Shown: positions 31,095 to 41,677, counted from the first letter of the stretch. The stretch is DNA of 64,000 nucleotides from Promethearchaeota archaeon (GCA_029838195.1 JALGVJ010000011.1:48044-112043), one strand, 5' to 3'. Notes: generated by a model not told the origin, from the letters alone. A program made the numbers and translations.

Positions 31095-32510
31095 ATGAAT
31101 GGTAAAAATGACCAAAACCTCATTCAATCTATTGTATTGAGCATTTTCGAAGAAAATGGGCCTACTTTCGTAAATAAGTGGCCTTCTAGTCTAAGTGAAC
31201 AAGACGCACTTCTTATAGCGATAAAGACAATAAGTCTCTTGATGGGAGATAAAGTATATCAATCGGGAACAGATATTGAGGGCATGAACTATTATGGAAT
31301 TCTTCCTTTTCCAGATTTAGAATTAAATGGGCTTACTTATTTTTTCTTAATCCCCGATAAAATGGCTAGAGGAAATGCTAAAGCTGCTACGATAACCATT
31401 TTAATACGGGAAGAAAATAACACGTTCTTTTATGATAACATGAATTATTTACGCATCCTAATGGATGAAACCGCCTCTAAAATTCAGAAGATTCCCAATG
31501 GCACGAAATACCAAAAAGAAATGGAACACTTTAGATTAGAATTACTGGAATATACCAAGAATTTAAAAGAGATTTTTTCCTCGAGCCGAAAAATTAAAAT
31601 CCTCATAAGTGGTTTGGACCAAGCTGGTAAAACGAGTTTTTTATTGGGCGTTAAGAAAAAGTATTCGGAAATTATAAAATCCACACCAACAAAGGGCATA
31701 TCCCGCACCTCGGAAAAAATCTTTGCCGATCAGCAGTCCATAATTTCCATTTGGGATTTAGGAGGGCAAAAGAGGTACAGGGAGAAATTTCTAGAACAAT
31801 ATAAAGTCTATCTGTATAATATTGATCTTCTATTTTATTTTATTGACATCCAAGATGAAAATCGAATTGAAGAAGCCCTTTTGCTCTATAAAACCCTAAT
31901 TCAAAAATTGAAAGAATTAAATGAATTTCCTTCGATAGTAGTTGTATTAAATAAATTTGACCCCGATCTAAAAGAATCCATTCCTACTCGAAAACGGGCA
32001 GAATACATTAAAAAGGAAATAAAAAATTATTCTGACACCTTTTTCGTAAAGGTGTTTGAGACTTCAATTTTCGATCAATGGTCTTTAATTTCAGCCTACT
32101 CATTTGGGCTTTCTCACTTAAGTCCAAACAGAACATTGTTTAAAAATCAGTTAAAGCAGTTGGCAGAAGAAACTAATTCTAGTGCATTTTTACTGTTAAA
32201 TGAAAATGGAATAATCTTATCGGATTATGCCATGGATCAAATATCCGGAAAAGTGTTTGAAATATCGGCGCCTCATTTTCAGACCCTCTACAAAACATTT
32301 AAAGAATTCAAGATGTTAAAACAAGATTTTATCGTATCTTCGGGCGTCGCGGATGAAGGTAAAAAAATAGTATTCAAAAGAATTAAAGTCGGAAAATACG
32401 ATTTATACCTGCTGTTTCTTCTTGAAAAAGGCGTGGAGATCCAACAATTTGACGATTCGCTCAGAAAATTCTCTCAAAATATTAAATCACTCATTACCAT
32501 GTACATTTAG
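31095..32510 (+). CDS. Longin/uDENN-like domain, small GTPase and roadblock-like domain fusion
   Basis: N-terminal LSIFEENGP...GILPFP...D..ARG; GLDQAGKT, PTKG, WDLGGQ, NKFD, ETSIFD; C-terminal LLNENGIIL. Confidence 0.85.
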   Translation: MNGKNDQNLIQSIVLSIFEENGPTFVNKWPSSLSEQDALLIAIKTISLLMGDKVYQSGTDIEGMNYYGILPFPDLELNGLTYFFLIPDKMARGNAKAATITILIREENNTFFYDNMNYLRILMDETASKIQKIPNGTKYQKEMEHFRLELLEYTKNLKEIFSSSRKIKILISGLDQAGKTSFLLGVKKKYSEIIKSTPTKGISRTSEKIFADQQSIISIWDLGGQKRYREKFLEQYKVYLYNIDLLFYFIDIQDENRIEEALLLYKTLIQKLKELNEFPSIVVVLNKFDPDLKESIPTRKRAEYIKKEIKNYSDTFFVKVFETSIFDQWSLISAYSFGLSHLSPNRTLFKNQLKQLAEETNSSAFLLLNENGIILSDYAMDQISGKVFEISAPHFQTLYKTFKEFKMLKQDFIVSSGVADEGKKIVFKRIKVGKYDLYLLFLLEKGVEIQQFDDSLRKFSQNIKSLITMYI

Positions 32511-32648
32511 GCCTTAGTATTTCTTAAAGATCCAAATGAGATGTTATTGATATTTTCAGGCGTTTTGGGAATGTAAAATATTAAAAAGAAGGCGTTATAT
32601 TCGATAGAATTAAAAATATTAAATTCCATTATCAATGTAAAAAAGCAT

Positions 32649-33317
32649 TTGAATCTATTCATAGTGATATATAAAATCTTTTTAATTGATGGGGAGAGCG
32701 GGATAGCTGTTTTAGAAGTGAGTTTTAAAGAATTCAAAAAACGTAATATAACCAGAACCATTATATTTCCGAACTTCTTCCGTGCTATTAATGATACGAT
32801 TGATAATATCCATGCGGCAATGGCAAAAGGAAGAAAAATAAATGAAATGCTGCGACTCATTGAATCTGAAGATGCTACCATGCTCATTTTTTATCATCCC
32901 CTTTCGAGAATATTATGTTGTTCCATTTCGGACGCAGATGATGATCTCGAACAATTAAAAACAGCCATTCAACAAATAGGGTCACGGTTTTGGAAAAAAC
33001 ATTCTTCTGATATTGAATTTTTCAGAACAACGGGAGAAAAAAGCCGATTTTCAAGCTTTATTATAGATGTTGAAATTCTTACCATGGGAGGTAAAATTGC
33101 GGAAAAGTTCCCTAAATCCCTTTTAAGTAAGAATGTATTGGATAAAGTTTATTCCATGGGAATTATTGATGATTTAGAATATAAGATTGCCTTGGCTTGC
33201 ACGGGAGAGGCATCCTCGCTTAAGATTGCACGCCAATTTCAAAAACCCAGGAAAGAAATTGAAGAAATATTAAAAAAATTAGAAAAATTGGAAATAATCA
33301 TTGAAGAACGCAGATAA
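32649..33317 (+). CDS. Longin-like domain plus C-terminal winged-helix protein
   Basis: IFLIDGESGIAV, FFRAIN, SISDADDD...IGSRF longin pattern; SLKIARQF...ILKKLEKLEII wHTH. Confidence 0.65.
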   Translation: MNLFIVIYKIFLIDGESGIAVLEVSFKEFKKRNITRTIIFPNFFRAINDTIDNIHAAMAKGRKINEMLRLIESEDATMLIFYHPLSRILCCSISDADDDLEQLKTAIQQIGSRFWKKHSSDIEFFRTTGEKSRFSSFIIDVEILTMGGKIAEKFPKSLLSKNVLDKVYSMGIIDDLEYKIALACTGEASSLKIARQFQKPRKEIEEILKKLEKLEIIIEERR

Positions 33318-33494
33318 ATTTTGTATTAATCTCTCTTTACATTATTCTATATTTAAAAATGCCTCAGCCAAAATATTAATATTTTTAATCGAAAACACAT
33401 GGCTTTTTATCTTTAGATATGGTTAAAGGGAAAAAATTAATAATTATCAATAATTAGTGTACATGTTTCTCTAAGAAAAACGAGGTTACTTGAG

Positions 33495-34136
33495 ATGTCA
33501 GAAAAGGTTGTTGCCATGGTAAAATCCTCCTCACGCGATAAACATTTACGAGAAGGAAAAGGATTTTCTTTACCAGAAATACGAGAAACAGGAAAAGATA
33601 TTAAGCTCCTTAAAGAATTAGGGTTAAGAATAGATTATCGGAGAAAAACTATACACGATTTCAACGTGAGTAAACTTAAGGCTCTAGAGGTTCCTAAAAA
33701 GAAAACTGCTAAGAAAGAACCGTTTAAACCTAAAGAAAAGAAGAAGAAAAAGAAAAAAATTAAACCACTAAAAGAAAAAGAAGAAATAAAAGAAACTCCA
33801 GAAGAAACGGGTAAAAAGAGAAAGGCAAAAAAAGAAAAGGAAAAGAAAGTAAAAGTTGAACCTAAGAAAAAAGTCCCCGAACAAAAAGAAGAAATCATTG
33901 AAAAGCCCAAAAAAGAAAAGAAAAAAGAGGAAATTCCTGCAGAGGAGCCTATTCCTTTAACAAAACTTCCCGGTTGCGGGCCTGCTACTGCTAAAAAGCT
34001 TGCAGAGATCGGAATTTCCTGCGTTCAAGATTTAATTGAAGAAGACCCCGAAGAAATTGGAATGTTAATAAAAGGAGTTTCCGCTGAGCGTGTAAAAGAA
34101 TGGCAAGAAGAAGGAAAAAAATTAATAAATAAATAA
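33495..34136 (+). CDS. rpl13e: Ribosomal protein eL13 with Lys/Glu-rich linker and C-terminal helix-hairpin-helix domain
   Basis: REGKGFSLPEI...IDYRRKT...NV..L; LTKLPGCGPATAKKLAEIGI. Confidence 0.9.
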   Translation: MSEKVVAMVKSSSRDKHLREGKGFSLPEIRETGKDIKLLKELGLRIDYRRKTIHDFNVSKLKALEVPKKKTAKKEPFKPKEKKKKKKKIKPLKEKEEIKETPEETGKKRKAKKEKEKKVKVEPKKKVPEQKEEIIEKPKKEKKKEEIPAEEPIPLTKLPGCGPATAKKLAEIGISCVQDLIEEDPEEIGMLIKGVSAERVKEWQEEGKKLINK

Positions 34137-34449
34137 TTACATCTTTAAATTTTTTATTATTCTTGTTTCTTAAGAAAATTAAATGTTTTACTCAATGATT
34201 TTTTTATTTTTAAAATTTAATCCGGATTTTTAACTAAAACATCATGATTTTTCAAAAAAAAATATCTTTTTACTCTTAAATGAAAGAACTTCTCATGACA
34301 TGAAATGAAAAAAGAAATTCCCTCTAAAAATGCTTTTCTTCTTTTAATGTCTCAACACCTATTAAAAAATTTTCGCTTTTTTAAAATTACAAATAAATTT
34401 AATAAATTGATACATTTTATTCTTTCTAAAAATAATGAACTAACCCAAA

Positions 34450-34947
34450 ATGCCGCTGGAAAAAACCACGTATTTTTATGAAAAACCAGAATCTAACATT
34501 AGCATTACAAAAATGCCCATTTGGTTTGAAGAAACTTCCGCAGAAGGAGATCCGGAAAATGGCTATATTTCATGGGAAACTGTTAATCAATACGACGAGA
34601 TCTGGGGCGCTATGGCTAAAATTGATTTACAATATTCAAAATTAGAACGGTTTAAATTCTTTCATCCAAAAGAAGTTCAAAAAACCATCGAACAATTCAA
34701 TGCGATTAATATTACCGTGTCTAAAAAAGAAAATGATTGGATAAACACCCATGAATTAACGATCTGGTATGGAAAACGCAATAAGTTAATAAGGAAGCGA
34801 TTTTATAGAGAAAATTCCATTCATGCGATTTTTTATTGCGACATGTCTGAACGCCTTTTCTCCATTCATGCGTCCCTGATCGAGGAGCATTATGAAGGAT
34901 TTAAACCGTATATTATTAATGCGTTTAAATCCATTAATTGCCATTAA
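34450..34947 (+). CDS. Hypothetical protein
   Basis: 165-aa ORF with normal globular composition. Confidence 0.7.
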   Translation: MPLEKTTYFYEKPESNISITKMPIWFEETSAEGDPENGYISWETVNQYDEIWGAMAKIDLQYSKLERFKFFHPKEVQKTIEQFNAINITVSKKENDWINTHELTIWYGKRNKLIRKRFYRENSIHAIFYCDMSERLFSIHASLIEEHYEGFKPYIINAFKSINCH

Positions 34948-35026
34948 ATAATTAATTGGAGAAATTTATATCATTAATTTACTCATTCTATAATTTCTTT
35001 TCATTTTCGGGAGGATTTCTCTCGCT

Positions 35027-35785
35027 TTAAGCATCAAAATGGTTTTTTTCATTCCATTCTCTTTTTTTAGCTAAAATAAAATAATTATCTTCCTGAGTAG
35101 GACCCCCACTACGTTGAAATTCTATAATCTCAAATTTGGCAAAATAATTCTTAATTTCTCTTTTCGAAAATAGATGATAAAATCGCGGATGGGTTTCCCT
35201 TGTCTTACTTGAAGTCCATCCAACAAGAATGTCTCCAAATTCAAAAAGGTTCTTTTCTCGCTGTTTTTGAGAATAGCCAGGAATCAAAAAGCGTTTTACC
35301 GCATCTCCAATGAAATAATTTTTAAAATTTTTTTGCCATCTTCGCCAAACTGTCATTAAGAGATAACCATCATCCTTTAAGATTTTATAAATTTGATTTA
35401 TTACGGATACTCTTTCCGATTTTCCTCGGATGTGATGAAAAGCAGCGATGGAAAAAATATTCTCCACAGAATTTTCCCGAAATGGAAGATTTAATATATC
35501 TGCTTGTAAGAGATGAATGATCCTTTTTTCTTCTTCATTTAAATCATCGCTATTTTTGAGAGTATTTAATGCGATATTTAATAAGTTCCAAGAATTATCC
35601 ACTCCAATTACCGTTTTACAAATAGTTTTAAACAAGTGAAAATGTCGACCATGAGCACATCCAAGATCAATTAAAATCCCTTTAAAATTAGCACCTTCTT
35701 CCCTGACTTTACTTAAAAATTTTACCAAAGGCCTCCAAGGTTTACTACGCTTGCGGGCATAATCGTCAGCAATAGCATCAAACAT
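35027..35785 (-). CDS. Class I SAM-dependent methyltransferase, Trm9/ALKBH8-like
   Basis: FDAIA..Y..KRSKPW, DLGCAHGR, SIAAFHHI, GDILVGW, RFYHLF. Confidence 0.85.
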   Translation of the reverse strand: MFDAIADDYARKRSKPWRPLVKFLSKVREEGANFKGILIDLGCAHGRHFHLFKTICKTVIGVDNSWNLLNIALNTLKNSDDLNEEEKRIIHLLQADILNLPFRENSVENIFSIAAFHHIRGKSERVSVINQIYKILKDDGYLLMTVWRRWQKNFKNYFIGDAVKRFLIPGYSQKQREKNLFEFGDILVGWTSSKTRETHPRFYHLFSKREIKNYFAKFEIIEFQRSGGPTQEDNYFILAKKREWNEKNHFDA

Positions 35786-36025
35786 GGGAAATTCAAATTT
35801 AAATTTTCGATGAAAATTCCATTACATTATCATGAATCCATGAAATTAAAATGTGGAAAAATAAAAAATTCTCTGCTGTTCTTTCTCCACTAATAAACCA
35901 TAGCCCCTTCTTAAATCAAGATTTTACCTTTAAATCGAATGTAGCAAGTAGATTTTTTAATCAGGATAATTCAAATTCAAATTATAATTAAAAAAAAAGA
36001 AGGTTTTAATTTATTGTTTTACTTT

Positions 36026-36793
36026 CTACTGATTGCGATTTTTTAATTTCTTTCTTACCATTAATCCTCGAGAAGAAAACACCAGAGTATAAATTCCAGT
36101 AGAAGAAGAAAAAATCGTAAAAAAACCCCGCTCGATTAACCATGCTAACGCTGCAAATAAAGTTAACCATTCCGAAAATTTCACGATTTCCTCTGTAATA
36201 AAAGGGATTACTAAAGCACCAAGAGCAATAATATTATAATAAAAATAAAACAAGCTAACGATAAATCCAAAAACAACTTGAAATTTTGGTATTTTTCGTG
36301 ACTTCCGTTCTAGTAACGTATACAAAACACACCAGAAAAAGCTTCCATAGAAATAAAAAGAAGCTGCAATACCATGAAGCGTGGTGGAAAAATCTAATGG
36401 AAATACGCCCACAAAAAATAATCCGGATAAGGAACAAATGCAAGAAATCCAAGTAAGCGTTCTCAGTTTCTTTTGAATCTGTTGCTTTTTTAAATCTTTC
36501 ATTAGGTAATAATGAAAAAAGAACATTAAACAACTCGTACTCATGACGCCCAAATTAAAAACGATACTCGCTCCATTCGGTCCCCTCCCTAAATCGCTAA
36601 TCCAATTAGTGAAAAAATTAAACTCCTCTACGGAAGAGTATAATTTAAATGCGATTCCTATGGAAAGTGCGCTTGTAAGAGCAGAGAATAAGGCAAAATA
36701 TCCCCCATTTAAGTATTTGTATACCAAGTCTAATCTAAAATTTGAATTAAAAATAAAAGCCGATAACTCCTTTATTTTTTTTCTCCTATTCAA
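36026..36793 (-). CDS. DUF998/Frag1-like membrane protein
   Basis: WISDLG, FN.G, VGVFP, LHGIAA..YF, SEW. Confidence 0.75.
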   Translation of the reverse strand: MNRRKKIKELSAFIFNSNFRLDLVYKYLNGGYFALFSALTSALSIGIAFKLYSSVEEFNFFTNWISDLGRGPNGASIVFNLGVMSTSCLMFFFHYYLMKDLKKQQIQKKLRTLTWISCICSLSGLFFVGVFPLDFSTTLHGIAASFYFYGSFFWCVLYTLLERKSRKIPKFQVVFGFIVSLFYFYYNIIALGALVIPFITEEIVKFSEWLTLFAALAWLIERGFFTIFSSSTGIYTLVFSSRGLMVRKKLKNRNQ

Positions 36794-36981
36794 GCTTAAT
36801 AACCCCTACCAATTGACTGAAAAGATATATTTCATACTAAATTAATAACTAATACTTTTAATATTAGGTCAAATATTTAATGAAAAAAAAAGTATTTAAA
36901 TTTAACGAAATGAGAAAATCATGGTGCCCATATGTTCTCGTTTTTCCATGGCAAGGAGAATTCTGAACTGAAAGGAGAATT

Positions 36982-37800
36982 TTAAGAATCCTCTTGCTTA
37001 AGCTCCTGAGGTTTTCTCAATTTTAGTCGAGCAGTAAGTTTTTTAAAAGTAGCCGAATATCTATTTATAATTAGGGAAAGAACTATTATAAGGATGATGC
37101 TTCCGAGCATTGCTCCGGAAATCCAATAATCATTGAATAGGAGATACGAAAGAGGAAAGATTGGAAGACAATAACATGCAATTTGAATGATAATAACCTT
37201 TTTCTTTGGTAAAACTATAAGCGCATATCCCACGGCTAACATGACAAGAACTACCAATAATATACTATAGAGTTCCACGTTTTTTAAAGAAAATTCATCT
37301 GCTTTTTCTACTATTACATATAAAATTGCAATAAAAGATGCAATGGAAATTCCTGCTCCCACGATCGGAATTAATAATAAGAAAATTAAGATAATGACTC
37401 CTGCTATTAATTGGAAATAGTAATCTTGAGTTCTGGGGCCGACATAAATTGTTATTGAATTAATAATTAATAATATTAAAGGTAATAAATATATAAGCGA
37501 TTGTCCTACAAAAAGAGCTTTAATTGGACGATGCTCAAATTTTCGCATTAAATATAAATAGAAAAAAGAGAACCCGATTAAAAGAAGCATCAAAAAGCTA
37601 ATATGAATGTCCTTATCAATGGATCCGCTTATTACGAGAAAATTTTCAACCGTTAAGATGCCGATAAAAATTATCAAGGAAATGATGATTCCGGCAATGG
37701 GAATGATCATTAATAGTGCCAAGATAATGATGAAAAAAAGAATGCTTTCAATAGAACCCGGACGACTGGTAAAAAGATCTAAGAAATTTTGATATAACAT
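36982..37800 (-). CDS. Multi-pass membrane protein with internal repeat
   Basis: Hydrophobic; LMIIPIAGIIIS / LLLIPIVGAGIS and GQSLIYLLP / IQIACYCLP duplicated halves. Confidence 0.75.
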   Translation of the reverse strand: MLYQNFLDLFTSRPGSIESILFFIIILALLMIIPIAGIIISLIIFIGILTVENFLVISGSIDKDIHISFLMLLLIGFSFFYLYLMRKFEHRPIKALFVGQSLIYLLPLILLIINSITIYVGPRTQDYYFQLIAGVIILIFLLLIPIVGAGISIASFIAILYVIVEKADEFSLKNVELYSILLVVLVMLAVGYALIVLPKKKVIIIQIACYCLPIFPLSYLLFNDYWISGAMLGSIILIIVLSLIINRYSATFKKLTARLKLRKPQELKQEDS

Positions 37801-37922
37801 TATGACCCTTTATTCTTTATTTCCTATTCGTATTCTTTTTCGCATTCCCTATTCGATTAATTAATAAAATACGGCTTGCTTAATAAAGAGAGTAATTTTT
37901 TAGATTAATATTGCAAGATGTT

Positions 37923-38558
37923 TTAATCTTCGTGCGGATCTTCCTCCAATTGGAATATTAATAGGAGAAAATTATCCACTAAAGGTCGTATTTTACCTTC
38001 TTTAACGGCTACATTCCAGTTATTTAATAATACCGCATTAGCATTCATTTCCTCAATGGTGATTTTTCCGATTTCAATCCATTGTCGCTCATCAATTTTC
38101 GGGGAGTCCCTGCTTATTCCCACACAATACTCTTTTGCTTTTTCCGCATACCCCATTTTAATTTTCCCCCTTGTTTTATCGTTTTTATTGAGGAGGAGCT
38201 GAAAAGTAAAGGGAAAGGTTCGACAAAACATCGGCCTATCCGGATAAATTTTACATCTTTTTCCCACCTCATCATAAAAATAACAAGCACCAGAGGGTTT
38301 TTTTAAAAGGCCGATATAGGCCATTCCTCTTTCGGTTTTGAGGGGAGTTAAAACCAACTTTCGAGCGTTCTCTTCAGTGATTTGTTCTTCCATCACGTAA
38401 AAACCTAAAACAGCTTTTAGTTCTTCAAAATTTAAATTTAAAGCGTTCTTTATGCGTAAAATATCTAAATACGTGACATTCACTAAAGTATTTTTATCCG
38501 TGCAGCATTTTCCGCATCTTTTACATTCAAATCTAAAATCTTTAATCTCTTCGGCCAT
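37923..38558 (-). CDS. YkgJ/CxxCxxCC family cysteine-cluster protein
   Basis: FECKRCGKCC, CYFY...CKIYPDRPMFCRTFPF, CVG. Confidence 0.92.
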   Translation of the reverse strand: MAEEIKDFRFECKRCGKCCTDKNTLVNVTYLDILRIKNALNLNFEELKAVLGFYVMEEQITEENARKLVLTPLKTERGMAYIGLLKKPSGACYFYDEVGKRCKIYPDRPMFCRTFPFTFQLLLNKNDKTRGKIKMGYAEKAKEYCVGISRDSPKIDERQWIEIGKITIEEMNANAVLLNNWNVAVKEGKIRPLVDNFLLLIFQLEEDPHED

Positions 38559-38910
38559 TGTTATTTCTTTATTTTTTATTCAAGCGTACAACAAGCTTTC
38601 CTCTAAATTTTTAAAATTTTTAATTTCAATTATCCTTTACCTTAAAATTTAATTTGATTTGGCTCAGTTTTTATCATGTTTCAGGTTTGTTTCTTTTATT
38701 AATAAACTTCTTCAAAAAGCACTTGAATCTCCGTTTTATTTAATTCTCATGCCGATCTAATTTATTAAATTGTTGAAGTTTTGATTTTTTTAAAAAATCC
38801 TTAATTTTCAATAATCATCCCGTTCATAAATTATTTAAAAACAGGCATGTTATTTATCTCTGGAAAGTTTAATTTTTTAAAATTAATTAGAGGGGGATGG
38901 AGAATCTACC

Positions 38911-39192
38911 ATGACTAACTTGAAAGAAAACGCCATGAAAATTTATAAAGCTATATTTGAAGGAAAAAAGCACGTAAACATTGACGGAATAGAATATTCC
39001 ATTAAAAAATTTTCTAGCGGGATAAAGTATTTAGATTTATTTGGATACAGGTTTATTGAACAGAATCGAAATAAAAAATCAGAATGGGCTAAAAAAACAA
39101 GAGAAGGACATGAAATCATGTGGGTGTTAAAAGGTCGAAGATATGTCGCGAGAATAATGGATGGTACCTACACGGATCTAATAAAAAAATAA
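38911..39192 (+). CDS. Small hypothetical protein
   Basis: 93 aa, FIEQN..KKSEWA...GHEIMWV; purine-rich SD-like sequence upstream. Confidence 0.7.
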   Translation: MTNLKENAMKIYKAIFEGKKHVNIDGIEYSIKKFSSGIKYLDLFGYRFIEQNRNKKSEWAKKTREGHEIMWVLKGRRYVARIMDGTYTDLIKK

Positions 39193-39259
39193 ATTTAGGT
39201 GTCAAGCCCATTTACGCAGGCGTCATGATTATTTTCTAGAGTCCATATCATATCGTTAA

Positions 39260-39916
39260 TTAATAAATTTTTGGAATAAGCTTGTATTTCACGCAATTTC
39301 TATAATCCACATATCCTTCTAATCCCTTGATGAGTAATTCTTCTTCAAATTTTATCCTGACAATGAGACTAATAACGCCGATTGCAGCTGGAATGAATGA
39401 AATCCAAGATCCTAAGGCGAGGGGAATTGCTATAATCATTAAGATGGCTCCCGAATAGAGAGGGTGTCGAACATGGGCATATGATCCCGTATCGATGAGT
39501 TTTTGATCTTCTTCGAGATCTAATAATTTAGACGCATGAGGATTTTCTAACATGGTAAGATACATGATTAGGAGTCCGATATTTGCCACAATAAGACCAA
39601 AAATCGTCAGAAATAAAGGAACTCTCGTCCATTGAAAGCGGTAATCCAGAGCTGGTAATAAAAATGCACCTATAAATCCAATTGAAATTAAAGGAAAAAT
39701 AATTTTATCCGAGCCAGCAGCTTTACGTGTTTGTTCCGTGATTCTTTCGTTTTTAACTTTCATGCGACTTCGGAGAACTTGAGGGTTCTTCTTATTAATA
39801 ATATGGAAATTTATTGAAATATTTAGCGTGAAAGTTATTATAAAGAGCCAAGCTTCAATCCATATCCAAACACCAGCAATGAGAAAAAGGGGTAATCCAA
39901 TATAGATTAATATCAT
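39260..39916 (-). CDS. Isoprenylcysteine carboxyl methyltransferase/PEMT family membrane protein
   Basis: LIDTGSYAHVRHPLYSG, RIKFEEELL..GY..Y...V.YKLIP. Confidence 0.9.
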   Translation of the reverse strand: MILIYIGLPLFLIAGVWIWIEAWLFIITFTLNISINFHIINKKNPQVLRSRMKVKNERITEQTRKAAGSDKIIFPLISIGFIGAFLLPALDYRFQWTRVPLFLTIFGLIVANIGLLIMYLTMLENPHASKLLDLEEDQKLIDTGSYAHVRHPLYSGAILMIIAIPLALGSWISFIPAAIGVISLIVRIKFEEELLIKGLEGYVDYRNCVKYKLIPKIY

Positions 39917-40000
39917 CTTTTCTCTTATAAAAAATATTTAAATATTACGAAAATTAAAAATTAGCTCTCATTCTCAATTGTGAACAATTTTTTTTAAATC

Positions 40001-40090
40001 TTGAAGAAGAAAAAGAAAAGAAGAGAAGAATTAGAGCATGCCCTTGAATCAATTAAAGCTTAATAAATTTAATAAGAGGCTAAAAAATAA
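40001..40090 (+). pseudogene. Decayed N-terminal relic of an MNT-like gene
   Basis: RREELEHALESIKA**I**EAKK; DNA similar to 40770-40847. Confidence 0.45.
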
Positions 40091-40143
40091 TTTTATTTGG
40101 CACCTTAATTTTTAATAAAATTGATATAAATTGCTTAAGTTAA

Positions 40144-40593
40144 TTGTCAACCTCGCTTTATTTTAAAATGCTATTTGTAACAAATCACTTGCAGTCTAAA
40201 TGGGGATTTAAAGATGGAAAAATCTTTAATGATTTATTAAAAGAGAATATTCCTGAAATCTTTGAAAAAATGAAAGAAGAAATTGAGGCAGATTTGCCTT
40301 GGAAAGATGCCATAGCGATCCAATTTCCTGACCGTCTTTTGGAAATAATTATTAGAAAATATATTTTACCTAAATTGCCCAATAAAATCATTTTACAAAA
40401 TTGGATAGGGCATAATCCCATACGAGCCAAAAGAATAGATGATGTTAGAATTATATTAGATGAGGAGCCACCCCAGTTCGATTTGAAACCCTCCTATATT
40501 AAAGTTGAAGATAACATTATTTTAGAGGAGGCATGGAAATTATGGAGAAATCCAAATTACATTAACATTATTAGAAAAGAATTTTCAGAATAA
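40144..40593 (+). CDS. Hypothetical protein
   Basis: 149 aa, SKWGF.DG and HNPIRA motifs. Confidence 0.65.
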   Translation: MSTSLYFKMLFVTNHLQSKWGFKDGKIFNDLLKENIPEIFEKMKEEIEADLPWKDAIAIQFPDRLLEIIIRKYILPKLPNKIILQNWIGHNPIRAKRIDDVRIILDEEPPQFDLKPSYIKVEDNIILEEAWKLWRNPNYINIIRKEFSE

Positions 40594-40733
40594 TTAAGAA
40601 GACGATAAAAATTATTTTCATTTGACGATATTGTTTTCTAATTAATTAAGAAAATTGTCTACGTGAATTCTCACCATAAAGATTTAATCTTGAAACATAC
40701 TATTTTAATCCAATAATATTATAATAAACAAAA

Positions 40734-40847
40734 TTGTCACGAGTTCAAAACCTTCTACGAAGGAAAAATGAAAGAAAAGAGAAATTATTACATGCCCTCA
40801 AGTCTATTAAAGCTCAACTTATTAAGTTCGGAGCTAAAAATATTTAA
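40734..40847 (+). pseudogene. Truncated MNT nucleotidyltransferase N-terminus
   Basis: TTG-SRVQNLLRRKNERKEKLLHALKSIKAQLIKFGAKNI* stops where GAxKIILFGS would continue. Confidence 0.5.
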
Positions 40848-40894
40848 GAGAAGGTGAAAATTAAATTTTTGATCATGAAGAATATAATCGTTGG

Positions 40895-41677
40895 ATGAAA
40901 GAAGCAGAGAATACTTACAAATCAGCGATTGTTGATAAAGAAAATGGGTTTTATAATTGGTGTTGCTTTAAATGCCAACAAGCTGCTGAATTTGCATTGA
41001 AAGCAATATTATATGGTTTTGGATTAACTCCATTCGGGCATTCTCTAACTAAATTGCTAAGAATCCTCGAAAATCAGAACGTTGATATATCATCTATATC
41101 TATTGCTTGTAAAGTATTAGATTTACATTATATCCCATCTCGCCATGTGAATGCACATTCATCTGGCTCGCCTCATGAATATCATGATGAGCAAATAGCT
41201 GATCTTGCGCTAAAAAATGCTAAAAAAATAATCATATTTATTAAAAAAATAAATAAAATAAATGATAAAGTTAAAGAGAGCTATAATAGGATAAAACATT
41301 TTACCGAAAATCTCATTGAAACTCTAAATCCAAAATGTATTATATTATACGGTTCCTTCGCAAGAGGAGATTTTAATGAGCGTAGCGATATCGATATCAT
41401 CGTAATCGCTAAAAATTTACCTGAAAATTATTTTGAGCGAACAAAATTATTATATGAACAAATAAAAACGCCCGTTCCAATTGAACCATTAGGATACACC
41501 CCCTCTGAATTCATTAAGATGATTTATAAAAGACGTTGCACGAGTTTATTTGCCATGTCTGAGGGGATCCCTCTGCACGGGAAAAAATATTTCTTCTCAT
41601 TAAAGAGAATTCACGACAAAATAATGAAAAAATATAATATTATTAAAAGCGAATCTGCTTGGATTCCAAAACTTTAA
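40895..41677 (+). CDS. HEPN-MNT fusion (toxin-antitoxin-like); true start possibly ATT 40865
   Basis: HEPN: CFKCQQAAEFALKA, GHSL, YIPSRHVNAH; MNT: GSFARGDFNERSDID (GSx10DxD), YTPSEF. Confidence 0.88.
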   Translation: MKEAENTYKSAIVDKENGFYNWCCFKCQQAAEFALKAILYGFGLTPFGHSLTKLLRILENQNVDISSISIACKVLDLHYIPSRHVNAHSSGSPHEYHDEQIADLALKNAKKIIIFIKKINKINDKVKESYNRIKHFTENLIETLNPKCIILYGSFARGDFNERSDIDIIVIAKNLPENYFERTKLLYEQIKTPVPIEPLGYTPSEFIKMIYKRRCTSLFAMSEGIPLHGKKYFFSLKRIHDKIMKKYNIIKSESAWIPKL

